A DNA stretch of 60,360 bases, the filler included, from Platydemus manokwari (taxonomy: Eukaryota), in the NCBI GenBank assembly GCA_037951405.1. It is 5 parts of 5 records of this genome, joined end to end, with 100 filler letters (N's around TTAATTAATTAA, not from the genome) between each part and the next. Parts side by side here need not be neighbours in the genome. Positions count along the whole stretch, not along the records: positions 34,317 to 47,572 come from JBBMOY011778062.1; positions 47,673 to 60,360 come from JBBMOY010013348.1; 3 more parts are not named here. The stretch is one strand, 5' to 3'. This document shows, in pieces, positions 37,480-51,200 of this stretch. A program made the position numbers and the translations under genes. Each line of letters starts with the position of its first letter. Within the stretch, counting starts at the first letter, position 1. The notes beneath the pieces were generated by a model, which ran no database searches, was not told the DNA's origin, and was given only the letters and a program-made list of their open reading frames with translations.

Positions 37480-39520
37480 ATCCTCATGTCAGCTTTTAAA
37501 TTGAATTGATATTCTGGTTCGAGATTTCTTCATTTGAAGTCTTCTCATTTGCTTTGCAACATTGCCGAGTATCTATGTTATATATTTGTTGTTTTTTGTG
37601 AGCCAATGCTGGAGAGCTAGTACTCGATCCAAACAGACATTCTTTGGTTTTCTTTGATCCGCATAAGTCTTGTAAGTTGCGTAGGCATTTCTGAGCAATG
37701 TCAATACTAGGAATCCTGAGATAAATTTAATTTGCTATATATCGAGTCCAATATTCGATAGCACCTTGTCCTTATAAGAGTCCCAAGGCCCAAATGCACT
37801 GATGCATATGACATCGAGGTGAGTTTCGAATTTAGATTTCTTGCAGATCCACTTTTCAATGATTCGGAATTTCTCGTGATTGCAGAATCGACGAGGCTGA
37901 AAATGGTAGCCCTGATCAAAAGGAATTTTGAGGGCGACGATGTAGATTTAACATTTGCTTTTTGGATCACTAAGTCCGGTCGTAGTTTGCTCTCAGGTAC
38001 CAGTGGTGTTGTATTGATGTCCACGTTGAAGTCTAGTAACTGTAGATAATTCCCTAAATGATCTATGATTATCGTGTGACGTTTTGAAGCTGGTCTTGGA
38101 ACAGTGGGGTAATGGATAAAAATATGAGCATTAGTTTTGTGTTCTATGTTGCATAGCCGCCAGAGTGTTGATTTGTTTGAATTGATAAAGTACGGCGTTT
38201 AATTGAGCATAAGCTCTTTAAGGCTTATGATATAGATGAGATGCGGAAAAAACAGTGAACCAACCGTCCTTGTTTTTTCATTGTGAACTAATGGTTGAAG
38301 AAAGATATGTACATTAAAACATGTAAAATATTTCAGACTTTGCCATGACTTTCTTCTATTCAGCAAGGCAGTGAATTTTATTTCGATTTGATCATTATGA
38401 TGATCATTATGGTGATTTAATTCTGAGAGGAAATTTAGTCTTGGTTCACCAGGTTGTGGAAGTTAGTTTTTTGTCAGATGCAATTTTGTCCGATATCCAG
38501 AGTAGTGCACTTGATAGATCAGTGACTTCGTTGAGTCTGTATTTAATCAGGTTTATTAAGTGATTTATAACATATTACCTGCTTTGATTATTCCGACTTG
38601 TAAGGAATCTGAAGGCACAAACAATACTTTGAATGCTGTATTCCATGAGTGAGTTAGTTAGGCTGATTCTCCCGAGTTTGTTTTTAAAGTAGAGTAAGTA
38701 ATTGTTGCTGATTTTTGAGCCATAGCAACTTCAGTATCTTACAAGATATTGCTCGGATGTTTCGTAGAAAGATTGGGCCAGTTTGTTGTTCATAGTTACT
38801 GATCAAAATGCGAAAGTCGAGTTTAGTAGTTTTGACCTGTTGAATTTTGAAGTGGAACTGGAACATAAAATGCCTGAAGGTGATGTATTCTTGAAACTTT
38901 TGAGAAGGATGCAGTCGAGACTCTGAAATGGCTTCGAATTATAGTATGATCGATCGAAGTATGGTGATCACCTGTGTTCGTTTTGTGGACGTTATTACTG
39001 TAGAGGTTATTACCAGAACCGATTCATTGAATATTGTGAGGTGAATACGGCTCATTAAATTTTTGGAATAGTAACCAGACTTTGGAACATTGATGACAAG
39101 GTGAAGTTCAGCAGCATTGTGAATCAGATGATTGAATCTCTGTTCAAGATTTTCTCCAGAGTTGGCTATGATGATAATGTCTTTTGCGTATGCTAAGGTG
39201 GAAAATTGCCTTTGATGGATTGTTAATGGATCTATTGATTGTGCAAAAGATCTTATGAGGAAGTTGACAGACAGAATAAGGACATAAATAGTGAGCATCC
39301 TTGTTTGATACCACGGTGAATGGGAATTGTTAGCGTCTTTAGATCGTTACAAGAGTAGGTAGGATTAGAATTCTTGCATACGGTTTTTATTATTTGAACG
39401 TAGTGAGAGTTGGATCTCATTTTCTTAACAGTATATCAGATTAGATCAACCTTTCAAATCGACCCAGCAGAGGTGTAGGTGTTGATTCTGTTGAACTGTG
39501 CCTTTTGATAAGGTAGGTAT
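37480..39520 (-). mobile_element. Second degraded RLE-type non-LTR retrotransposon (RT to RLE, 5'-truncated)
   Basis: Minus-strand STLAYAKDIIIIA (RT YADD box), LVINVPKS, CCHC remnant RLCNIEHKTNAHIFIH...SKRHTII, and RLE LRPDLVI; C-terminal peptides are homologous to those of the 17.7-21.8 kb element. Confidence 0.85.
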
Positions 39521-39709
39521 ATAAAACATGATATACATAATTTAATTGCCAGCAGTCAGTCCTATTGGCGAGCAAGTAATATTTTAAAAGGGTATTATTT
39601 TCACTTTCTAAATAAAACAAGAACTGAAACTCTTAACAAAAAGTCGTGAAAGAAACGAATTTTTGTAAATATTCATATGATTTTGAAATACAACCACACA
39701 TTTTCACAG

Positions 39710-40180
39710 CGTAGATGTTGTCTTATTCTTACCTTTTGTTTCAGCTTGACAATATTATAAATATACTTATCAGGGATATTGTTTTTAATATAATTTACTG
39801 AGTAGTTCTGAAAAAGGTGTCAGTATGTAAAGTCGAAGCGAAGCAATAAGAAATAATAGAATTGGTAGAGTCTTAAAATTACCAACAAAGTAATGATGGG
39901 ATTTTTATAAGTGCATCCGGATGTAACTAATATTTACTATTGGAATAATGTTCAGAAATTGCATAATATTGTCATTCCAATTAAAAGAAAAGTGATTTGG
40001 TAAATAAAGAAAATTTATCAATGAAATTATTGGTTGTGGGTTGATATTATTTTATCTTTTCCTAATTAGGGTTTCAATAGCTCGTATGGAATAAGACTGG
40101 ATTAAAGTTTTGAATGATAAACCCAAAATATTATTAACTGTGACAACAAGGATTCGCAATGCACCGTTGCACCAGTGAGG
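39710..40180 (+). pseudogene. Possible decayed C-type-lectin-like secreted protein gene
   Basis: Stop-riddled frame VVLFLPFVSA*QYYKYTYQGYCF*...SRSEAI...VLKLPTK**WDF..IYYW, followed by a short GT-AG intron-like segment and a Cys-containing exon-like segment. Confidence 0.2.
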
Positions 40181-40477
40181 CCTATAATGTGAATTTATTA
40201 AAAGTCACTATCTAATATGTAAGATAACACAAATGTTAATAAATATTTATTTAAGAAAACGAAAAACAAGATAACACAAAAAATAACGAAAACAAGTTTC
40301 GCAAATAATCTGCTACGCTGCGCAAGCAGATAACTACGTAATACCCAAAATAACGGGTATCGGAAGGAGATTGAGAGGAGCGACGACACCAATTAAGAAT
40401 AATTAATTTAAGTTAATTAATGATTACTTATTAAATAAATCAATAATAAATTTAACCTTTACTCACGAATAATATCG

Positions 40478-40875
40478 GCTTTGTCGAATAATAATAACGG
40501 CACTCGGCGGATTTCAATTGCGTGTTGTAAAAAGTGTGGGTGAATGCTTAACTTATCGTGTTTCTTATGAAGTATTTTCGATGGTGCCATGCCTACGATA
40601 GACGCAATTTTATTCTCTGTTGATAAAATTTATTCTGTATAATTGTACGGCATAATGGCCGTTCCTATATTTATTTTCCTTTGTTATATTGTTATTTCTT
40701 GGTTATATGCCTATCAGATAAAAGCAAATATAAAAGAACATTTTCTGTTACTATTTTTGTTCCTTTGTTATTTTGATCTGTTTTTTTCTTTCTGATCAGA
40801 TAAAACTTAAATATTTTATTCTATCTTTATGAATTGCACTTTTATTATTATTATTATTACTATTATTATTACTAA
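40478..40875 (+). repeat. Dispersed unclassified repeat ending in (TTA)n, copy 2
   Basis: Same ordered motifs as 11120-11531. Confidence 0.55.
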
Positions 40876-41294
40876 TATGAAGGGATTTTGATGAGTAAGA
40901 TTCGATGGGTAGAACTTCGTTTTAAAGGTTTTGGTAGCGTGGAAGTTTTTTAAAAAGATGTAAAAATGTCAAGTGTATCCTCAACAAACAATCAATAACC
41001 GAAGTAGACTAAAAAGCACTGGCTGATACGATTATCTGTTGATCCATGTGAAACACTACTAAGTAGTTGCAACAATCAAGATGAAAAAGATGAAGAGTTG
41101 GCTAACAGGTTAAATAGTATGGGTTCTAGAAGAAAATAATGATAAACGCAGCATAAAAGATGAGATATGATTGTAAATATGCACTGTGAGGATTTAAAAT
41201 AAAAGTGAAATTTGAAAATTTTTAAAAGCGGATTTTTCTAAAATATTATTTTGTCGTTACTTTTCAGTTTTTTAAATGCGTTCTTTATAAAATA

Positions 41295-41609
41295 GTAGCG
41301 CCTTACTCGGCATCCAACTGGTAGTTGAGTATTATACATATGTATTTATACTCGAGATCTGTGTGTAATTTGTGAATCACGTTTTGATTTGATCTTTCAT
41401 TTCGAGATTGATCAATCCCCATGTATTGTAAAATTATGCCAAATTTTTTACATTAGAATTTTCTGTTTAAGTCTTTGGAGATTGATTGGTTGCTATTCCT
41501 GTATAATTATGTAGTTATGCAAATGGGTAGTGTAAAATAAAATTCGTTTCTCTCATTTCTATGTTTTCTATATCCTTAAATGTTCTATTTTTCATGAATC
41601 ACTCGTACA
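41295..41609 (-). mobile_element. Diverged partial LTR of the Gypsy family (copy 3)
   Basis: Reverse complement reads TGTACGAGTGATTCATGAAA...tacaggaatagcaaccaatcaatc...ggggattgatcaatctc...acacagatctcgagtataaa...caactaccagttggatgcc, matching copies 1 and 2. Confidence 0.7.
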
Positions 41610-43859
41610 CGATATTTAGTATTAGCGCTTTTTATAGATACTTCTAATTTTCACGCATTGTTACGCGTCCTACCAGTCATAAAATACGGTCTTTCTATTT
41701 ATTATTATAATTTATTTTTTTATCATTATTTATAGGTTTTTTTATTCTGATTTTAAAATTTGTTCTTATTTTATCCGACAAAACACCCCATCAATTCACC
41801 AAATGTTTTTCTAAACAAATAATCGTGAAAACTTTTCATTAGCTTATTAAAATTATTTTAATATATATTTTTATAACTTTTTATACATTTTGGATAACAC
41901 GTTTTCATTAAAAAGTAATTTAGAAGTAATTATAATAGTAAAACTTAACAACATTATTTAATATTATTAAATTGTCTCAATTTCTATAAATATTTGTGTT
42001 ACTTATTTTCATTATCATATCTTTGATTTCTTACATTCGTTGTTGATAAATCGAATAATAGCCTGTCTGAAACAAATGTCCTAATATCATCTGAAATTTC
42101 TTTTTTTTGTCATTTTCATAATAAAAATAAATAAATAATTATGAATTTTAACAATATAAATCTTTTAAATCTAAATAATATATAAATCATAGTAGCAATA
42201 ATTATATAATATAATACTCATAATTATTTAAAAATCAAAATAAAATGGAAACCTGTATTAATTTAAAATCAAGAAAAAGTATCCGAAGAAGTTGTGACGA
42301 AAACATTTTCGGATAATACATGTCTCATAGGAAATAAAATCTGAAAAAAAATTTGTTTTACAATTTACAGTTGATGATACTAATTGATTTAAAAAAATAA
42401 ATATTTTTTAAGGATGATAATATTATGAAAAATTATCTTTAAAATAATTTAAAAATAATTTAGAAATTTTTAAAATTATTTCCATCTTTATATCTTCTTT
42501 CAAATATGAGTATTTTGATGTTTTAAGAGTTGTAAATAAACATCAAATAAATTTATACATATTTGCTATTTCGGAAATTAATGTTAGATTTTTAAATTCC
42601 AATATTTTGTTTTCCTATAAAACATTAGCATATTACTGTGGTATCCTGAAACAGATGCTGAAGAAATACTGAAAATGTTATAAAATCCATTAATAAATTT
42701 ATGATATTCTCAAAATTTCAGCATTGTTCTGAATTATGAGCAATCGTGACAAAATTCTTAATCGAGCTTTGCTTCAATAATGAGATAAAACAATGACAAG
42801 AGAAAAACAAAGGAGACCTTAAGCATTTAAATACCACCTTAAATATTTAGAAGAATTTTTTTTAATAAGTTGTTTTGAATTCAAAAGGATTGATTCTTTT
42901 GATTGACTATTTACTTTATTTAATGAACGAAAATAAAAATAAAAATTTTCCTTGAAGCAAAATTAAAGGTTTCTTTCTAATATCTCTCGGGTAGTGACGG
43001 AAATAGTGACAATAACAGATTAGTCTTCACAATAATATCACTCAAAAGAAAAAGACATATAATATTACCAATCATGAAACACTGGCACTTTCACGGGAGA
43101 TAAAACTCTTTTTATAGACTTGTTGTGTTTGTTTCTAGAGTGTGTTGTAACTTTATCTTTTTATTCACTGAAATAGTTCACATACTAGCTTATTAGAAGA
43201 TTTTCTTCTAACTCTCGTACCATCGGCTTATCTAAATTTTTGTTCCGAGTTGTTGATATGCACCAATTGGTGATCGAATTCTATTTTTGATTTTTATTTT
43301 GAAAGAGTCTGATTAACTATAGGCACATTCGCTAATCGTATCAAACCATTTGAGGGTTATTCCGGGGTCTCAGTACGTACCTTGTTGACTTTTGTTACTC
43401 ACACAACAAATCTGAAGTTAGGGCAAATATAATGGCAGCAATCTGCATGTATATACTATTCTATATTGAATACCTTGCACCATATGGTTAATTTATTTTT
43501 ATTTTTGTAACTGAAATGGATTCGGTACAGTTCTTTTATCAATTAATTTTTACTTTCAAATAAATGATTTTTATGCTCTTCTCCTTGGATTTTTCCATCA
43601 CTCTCATAACAGTTGATTATTTTAAATACTATTTTTCCTTTTTCAAATAATAACATTTTTTATTATTGATTTTATTTTATTACATATCATCAATCAAATA
43701 AAAATAACAAAAGAAAATTCGATAAAATACAATTATTTTCTACAAATAAAATCAGCACTAGTTAAAAGGATAAAAATCAATTTAAGTAATGGTTTAAAGA
43801 ATCATTAAGTCAATATCAAAATCAATTATGTCTTTTGATTGAATTGATTCGAAGGAATT

Positions 43860-44340
43860 CATTATTTGATCAGGATTTACAATTCGAAGATGAATGATTT
43901 GTTGCTGATTTCAGGAGTCGAATTCCACGAGCCAAAATTTTTTCTCAAGTTCTTTAGCTTCTCTTCCCGGCTTTTGCAATATGTTAAGGGCCTTTACTGG
44001 GATCTATTTATCAGACTTTGTCTTATTTATCAGACTAAGATTTTCTGTGCTGGCTTTATATTTCGCGATCTTAGTAACTAACTATCTTTACTTTCCCAAC
44101 GCACTGCATCTTAATGAAGATTTCTAAAACCATCACTTCGGCTTCCTTCCATTTCAAATTATTATCGTTGTGGATATTCTGTGTTTAATTTCCGAATCTT
44201 CCTGCTGATGGGATTTCCCCATAATTTTCCTTCTAATATTCTACTCTGTATCAATTCTGAAAAATTCAAAATCATCATTTAGTTATTTCAAATTATGGAG
44301 CTCTTGATCGTCAGGGACTTGTCCACTTGCCATAACGCAG
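43860..44340 (-). mobile_element. Degraded gag-like remnant
   Basis: Minus-strand interrupted frame beginning MASGQVPDDQELHN, charged and helical in character, adjacent to an integrase remnant. Confidence 0.3.
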
Positions 44341-44479
44341 TGTCAAATTTATTCCTTGCCTTCTATGATCTGTATTTCCTTGTAGCATTCTGGAAATTTA
44401 CTTCATTGATATTTATTTGATGTTAGTCTTCCAAAGTTAATTCAAAAACAGTAATAAACAAGAGCAATTAGAAGCGCAT

Positions 44480-45145
44480 TGGATGGCCGCAGATTAAAAA
44501 TTCTGATGTTCGATTGGCTGGTGTATTCTCCAATACACACAAATCGTGTCCAGCAAAAATAAGGATCCCAATAGTTTGGAACAACAACATTCTAGTAAAA
44601 GAGATCATTGGAATAAAACAAGAATTTACCTCTCCATACCAACATCAGGCAAATGGCTTAGCCGAAAGGATGATTAGGACGGTTCGTGACATTGTGGTAA
44701 CAACGATGGCATAAGAGAAACAGGCTTGGGAGAAATTATTACCGCGGATAGAATTCATCATCAATGGAACATATCAAAGTTCAATTCAATATTCTCCTTT
44801 TGAAATATTTTTTGGAAGAAGATTGATGCATGGGTTACGACTAAATGAACCAAGCCATCACGACCATATATTCAAACAAACGAAAACCAGCTACAATCAG
44901 TAGCCACAAACTTAAAGAGATTCGATGCTGAGAAAATAAGTTGTAGAATTTTTACAGTTGGAGAAGAAATTTTAGTGAAGAAAGAACTCCATAGGATAAA
45001 GAAGAACGGAGATCGTTATGAAGGTCCCCACAGAATTTTGAAATTTTTAAGTTCACATCAAGTTCTTCTTGATTTCCAGAGACAGCCGAAACCTCGAATA
45101 ATTGAGTGGCTAAAAAGGATCTCAAAAACAACGGGAGAAGAAAGT
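44480..45145 (+). mobile_element. Gypsy integrase C-terminal remnant with polypurine tract
   Basis: GIKQEFTSPYQHQANGLAERMIRTVR...WEKLLPRIEFIIN...SPFEIFFGR, RYEGP (GPY/F-like) motif, then purine-rich GGGAGAAGAAAG at ~45133. Confidence 0.88.
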
Positions 45146-45252
45146 TAGATAAAAAAAATGAGCTTTGTTTTAATATTAAAAAACAAACGGTGTGATTTTG
45201 AAAATAGAATAAAATATTGATGCACACCACATATGTTTTTACTTTTATTATA

Positions 45253-46430
45253 TACCGTGTTTTTCCTATTATACGCGGTCGCTTATATTATTTTCCGACG
45301 AAAAAAGTAGGGCAATGCTTATGTTTTTTATCGATTACTTTAAAAAAATCATAATATATTTTTATTATAATATTTCAAATATCTAAAAAAGATACAGGCG
45401 TTTTAATCAAACACAGTTATATCGTCCTCTTCTGCGACATCTTCATAAAAAAAAGATTTTGAACACTCTCAATTATTTCCTGTGAATTAAGTTTATCTTT
45501 GATAAGTGATCGTAATCTCTCATTTTTTTTGCTAAGAATCTTTTTTCGTATGAAGTCGACTTGTCCAGATAGGCAGCCTTCAAAGCTTTTTTGACAGAGT
45601 TATCTTTAATTTTAGCCCAGGCATTACTAACACACTTGACAATTTCCTGTAGATTCGTTTTTACAAAGTTCCCTATTTCACTTCTCAATATACTCATTGA
45701 TTTTTAATCTAAAATTGTCCTTAAATAACTTATTTATGACCAAATTTAAACTTTGAAGATACCCTGTCATTCCAGCCGGTATCATTATTTGATCAATGCC
45801 TCTCACTTCAAGAAAGTTATTCATATCATTGACACGATGAGTGCTGGCTTAATCCCATATAAGTAAACATCTTCTATTGCCTCTCAAAACCATTGGCAAC
45901 ATTAGGTCAATCCATTTTCTAATTGTTGGTTGGGTACTCCATGGCTTTTTCTGTTTCCAGAATGTACATACCCGACAGCTGCTTAATTCTATTTTTCTTT
46001 CTTTTAATAATAATAAAAGGCGCTTGCTTTGTTCCATCCAAACGAAATGCAAGAATAGAGAAAACCATGTGACTTTCATAACCTGTTGAGGCAATAAAGA
46101 TTGATGGTGCCCTACGAATGTCTACTGTTGTCTGCGAATCTTGTCTAATAAATACAGCTGCCACATCCATTGCAATCATATACGGCAATTGGTATTTCTG
46201 AAAATCATTATTGTTAACAAATCTCTTATACGTTATTGCTCTCGAAACAATTTTATTATCCTCTAATTTAAAAAGAGAGGTTTCCTTTCGTAGTGGTAAT
46301 TCATTACGAAGTAAAAACCTATCAAGCTAGTGCGTTGATGCTTTAAAATCCAATATTTCATTTTTGAAAGCCAAATCACATCTTTTAAAGATTAATGCTC
46401 TTGCTCTCCGGTCAATGATCCAATTACCTA
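45253..46430 (-). mobile_element. Degraded pogo-family DNA transposon
   Basis: TA-CCGTGTTTTTCC terminus at 45253; minus-strand KASTH*LDRFLLRN, IAMD.AAVF, LLIWD*ASTH and IPAGMTGYLQSL (DDE_1). Confidence 0.88.
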
Positions 46431-47379
46431 GTATCACTCACAATAAATAGTGGCCATGCAAAAAATATTTAGTCTTCAATTTATTAGCAGATAATTTTTC
46501 TTTGCAACAAAAAATTCCAACTACAAAATAAAAATGCATAGCACTAAATAATAATCGTACAGAAATTGACTCTATAAGTGTTAAATTATTAACTGACAAT
46601 GAATACTGAAAATTATAATTCAACTAATCACCATATACAATTAGAAATTTTAATTAACCCATAATAGGTATTACTAAATATAGGATCAGGAAGCAAAAGT
46701 AGAATACAAAACAAAAGACAACCACGGCGACTTTGTATCGTTTTTTAATAACAATAATAAGACTTGGTTATCTATCAAATAGGGATCATATATCATTACT
46801 AATTCTCAACAAATTTAAAAATTAAGCTAGGATGCATAAACTAAGATTATTAGATGAGATCTATCACTTTTGTTCAACTTACTGTCGTCATTCAATAAAG
46901 TTGTGTGAATAAGTTTGCTCAGGCAAAGGGAAAACGTCAGCGCACAATAGATTCTAACTGAGAACAAAGAAATGGCTGAATGTCAAAAACTTTGTTTGGG
47001 ATTTTTAGGTATGGTTTTATGATTGTTGAAATCAAGCGCTGTGTAACAAATAATGAAGCACATGAATCTAACAAAAGATGATTTAGAATTAAACTGTGTT
47101 GAAAGCTCAAGAACAAAATAAAGAAATAAATATAGTATTTTGTCCCTTATGGCGAGTAAACCTGTATATAATACAAATAGCATTTTTAATTATTTTAAAT
47201 TGCGATTTTAAGTTTCGGAAATTGCTTCTTTGTAAAAACTATTCGGTTTATCTTACTGCACAAATTATAAGAGAATAGTAATTTCAAATTTTATGTTCAA
47301 AGAAAATTGAAATCAGAATATGAAGTTTTTTATAACTTGTCCAGATTTAACAGAGTTGGTGAATATGGATGAGGAATTT

Positions 47380-47572
47380 ATGGTATCAAGTGAAGACTGT
47401 GAAAGGAGATTTAGTTTAATGAATTCCATTAAAACTAAGAAAAGATACAACTGGACATGATTGTAAAAATTAACAGCTATATTCAAAATTAAATGTATTT
47501 TATCTAAAAATCTATACAAGATATATTTAACTGAAGTTAATTTTAGTCATTACTAGTTTTTGCTTTAATTTT
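47380..47572 (+). mobile_element. hAT transposase dimerization-domain fragment, copy 2 (runs into gap)
   Basis: VSSEDCERRFSLMNSIKTKKRY; shares aaactaagaaaagatacaactggacatgattgtaaaaattaacagctatattcaaaat and actgaagttaattttagtcattactagtttttgctttaatttt with copy 1. Confidence 0.75.
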
Positions 47573-47672
47573 NNNNNNNNNNNNNNNNNNNNNNNNNNNN
47601 NNNNNNNNNNNNNNNNTTAATTAATTAANNNNNNNNNNNNNNNNNNNNNNNNNNNNNNNNNNNNNNNNNNNN
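47573..47672. other. Assembly gap with artificial linker
   Basis: Ns, TTAATTAATTAA, Ns. Confidence 0.97.
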
Positions 47673-48215
47673 ATTTTTGTAAACCTATCATAGTTTTGGC
47701 CCTCCAAATTTTAAAAAATCAGCAATGTGGCCCTTTGCTGAAAAAGTTTTAAAGCATTGATTGTTATTACTTGTCCAATTAATGCAAAGTTTTCCACAAA
47801 TCTATTAATGCAAAATATCGACAGTAGTTCTAAATAGATTGAAAAAGATAGTCTCAGTGATAATGCATAAATATATCAAATATGATCGTAAGGGTTGTGA
47901 GGATTTCTGATTAGCCATTGATAATCTCAACTACATGTTTCATTAATAGATCGAATAAAACATCGAATCCATTATATATTGACAATTCATTGATTTATGA
48001 ATTCCAACCGATAATCGCATTTATATTTCTCATTGTGCTGCTGGTATTTTAGTCCTTGCCGTCACAAATTCAACTCAACAAATCATTTGATATAATCAAT
48101 TATGAATCATGAACTCTTGATATCAACCAAGGAACAATAAATAAATAATCAATAATCATGATTAAATGTGATCATTTACATATAAATATAAATGGCTACA
48201 TATCATTAGCATTAC

Positions 48216-51200
48216 CTGAACATCAAATTTACGTTCTGCTTTGGAAACAGCCTCACTAATAGGAACTGGACGATTGTCGTCTTCACCAACTTTTCTCAAT
48301 TGTATTCCATTACGAATAGCTGTTAAGAGGTCTAATTTCTGCGTATTAGCTGCATAATTGACTAGTTTTGAAGGTGTGCTGTTAACGGCTTTGCCAGCAA
48401 CTGGGAGAGCTGATGGAGGTGGCGGAACTGATGGTGGTGGTGGCGGTGATGGAGGAGGTGGAACATTCATCCTGGTATCAAGGACGTTAGCATTGGTGGC
48501 ATTATTAGATTTATTGTCTTGATTGACTGCCAACGGATACACTAACTGGCCACGAAACGATATATCGTTGTTCATATTAACGGATGCGAATTCGTTATGT
48601 ATATTAGAATTCATATTGATGTTGGAAGACTAATGAAGCGGGTTGTTTATAAATAACAATTCAACCAAAAGAATTACCGTTGGGTGCGCACCTGGCTTGT
48701 GTGATAAATACGACATGGCTGGTGGTGGTGGAGATATATTGCACTCATCACTATTCATATTTTTATCAATGTTTTGTTGATTTTTTGATAAATTATTTTT
48801 GTCAGAAGATGATTCTTCTCTTGGTGGCACAATCGTATTATAAATAGAAACGTCTTCATAATTGAATTGAGGATGTGGCAAATTTTTTGTATGACCTATT
48901 TAATTGGAAATTTATCTTAAATTAGATCTCAATAATGGAGATATTAAGGAATTTGACAGAGAAAATTTAATTTTAAAGAAGAAATGTAATAATCAATATA
49001 TAGATAAGAGAATTCCGAATTGAGAAGTACAATATGACGACCATTTAAGCGTCCAAATTGTCAATACAGCATTTAAATTTCACATTTCTCTAACATTTAC
49101 CTTTCTCCAATCAATTCAGTCATATAAATAAATAAAATAATTAATGAAAGTCAATTGAACTGATGACATAAGTGAATATTTAATAATGAAATCAATTGTC
49201 TCGATATTTGATCTATATAAATAAATATAAATATGATGTGATAAGAATATCATAAAACGCTTGATGATTGAGTTATGAAAGAATGATTATATAAATGTGC
49301 AAGACACACACACACGCACACACACATATATAAAAGTACAAAATCAATGAAATACCATAAATTACATATATAATCATCATCTATAACTCAATCAATCTCT
49401 AACCATTGAGATATAAAACTATAATAATAAAACTACAAATAAAACAATGATTTCATTGATCATTTTTACAGTCATTGAAATTCTGCTGAAATAGATATTA
49501 ATAAATAATCGGAAAATATTATTTTTCATATCATATTAACTGATGTATTTAAGGGTAATAATTAACCAGAAAAAACAAACGTTTATTTTCAGTGCTTTTG
49601 TATGTTTGGAAACCTTAAAAATTTATGATAACTAATCGAATAGAAATATAAAAAAATGCAAAATAAAATTCTTAATAAATATTGATAAAATACGGAAATA
49701 TTTCATAATCATAATGAATCACAATGAGACTGATTTCTTGAATATTTCTGATCGATTAATGAAGATCAATTTAGCAATGTGGAGACTAAATATTATGAAA
49801 ATATGAATGATCAATAATCGATCAACACGGTGATTTCGACGGGAAACTATTTTTATAAATAAAGCGATAATAATTGATTACTATATGGTTTACCAGGATT
49901 AAACTATGCCATTATTTCAGCATGCTGATAGCAATTATATTGCATTGTCGAAACGGAAAATATCATCATTACACCGTTACACATACCTTTGTAAAGAGTT
50001 TATACAAGTCATGTATTATATGCATATTGGTAAAGGATATGATTCTATATAAAGTCAAATATTCATTGCAACTGACCAGACATAAATAAATAAATATCGA
50101 ATTGACATTAAACACGCTGAAAATGTTAAATGGATCCAGTTGATAGTAACATATTAATCGATAAACAATAAATAACAAATTGGAAAGGAAAATTGAAAAT
50201 AAACAGACAATTTCTTAATATTAACACACAAAATAATCGACATTCATCATGAAAGATTCAATAAAAATTGTCAAATTCGATCGAAGTTATCGATAAATTT
50301 ACGTGCTTTATAAATCCATTCAGGGACTCCCAAATAATATTTTATCGAATTAATGATTTTCAGTTGATCAACAATTATTATTAAAATTCAATGTGAATAA
50401 TTCTGATCATAAACAGATAGAGATCATCATTAATTATAAACACTTCCTTAATAATCAATTATTATATTCACAAATCGTTCATTAAAATCGAATATTTAAT
50501 TAAATAATAAATAAGCATTAGATAAACAAAAATGTTGACAAATTTGTAAGTAGTGAAATAATTGATGATAATAAAGTTCAAAGATCTGACTTCATCAAAA
50601 TTGTAAAAACCTCAATTCTGATAAATATAAAATAGAGAAATCCTTGTTAAATAGCTTAAATAATCATTCCTGGTCCTATTGTAACATGATAGATGTCATA
50701 ATTGAGAAAATGTTCACTTTATTCTGGGGATTTCTAGGAGAACTAGTGGAACAATATAATGATTAGGAGTAATGTAAGGAATTGAAATGGAAAATAGGTT
50801 TCCTCAAATATATAAAGAATATTTTCTGATCTCCACATAAAAGCATCACGTCAGTAAAATATATAATTTAAGTTTTTCAAAATTCTAATGATTCTTTATT
50901 AGCACAGTCAATACAATTTGTTTAAATAAGATTCGAAGGATTTATTGATTGAATATTTGTCAACCATATCGAGTTTTGGTGCGAAAATCCCTTATTTTCA
51001 AAAAACAATCCAGTTGATCCAAATTTTACAAAACCTTTTATTTTTATTCAAAAATGAAATGCATATAAAATAAGTGAACTGGTTAAGTGGCAAGGATTAA
51101 GATAGTATTATCGATTTTGTGATTATATTACAAGACCTTAGACATGAGGATGCAGGGTATTACATTAGTTGTTGTTCAAGACTTTTAAATAAACACATCA

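Noticed and set aside
49987-50071. Extra 85-nt exon in the large WAVE intron (cag/.../AAG-gtatgt)
   Set aside because: Phase is incompatible with the flanking exons and gives an early stop; exons 2 and 3 already join in frame.
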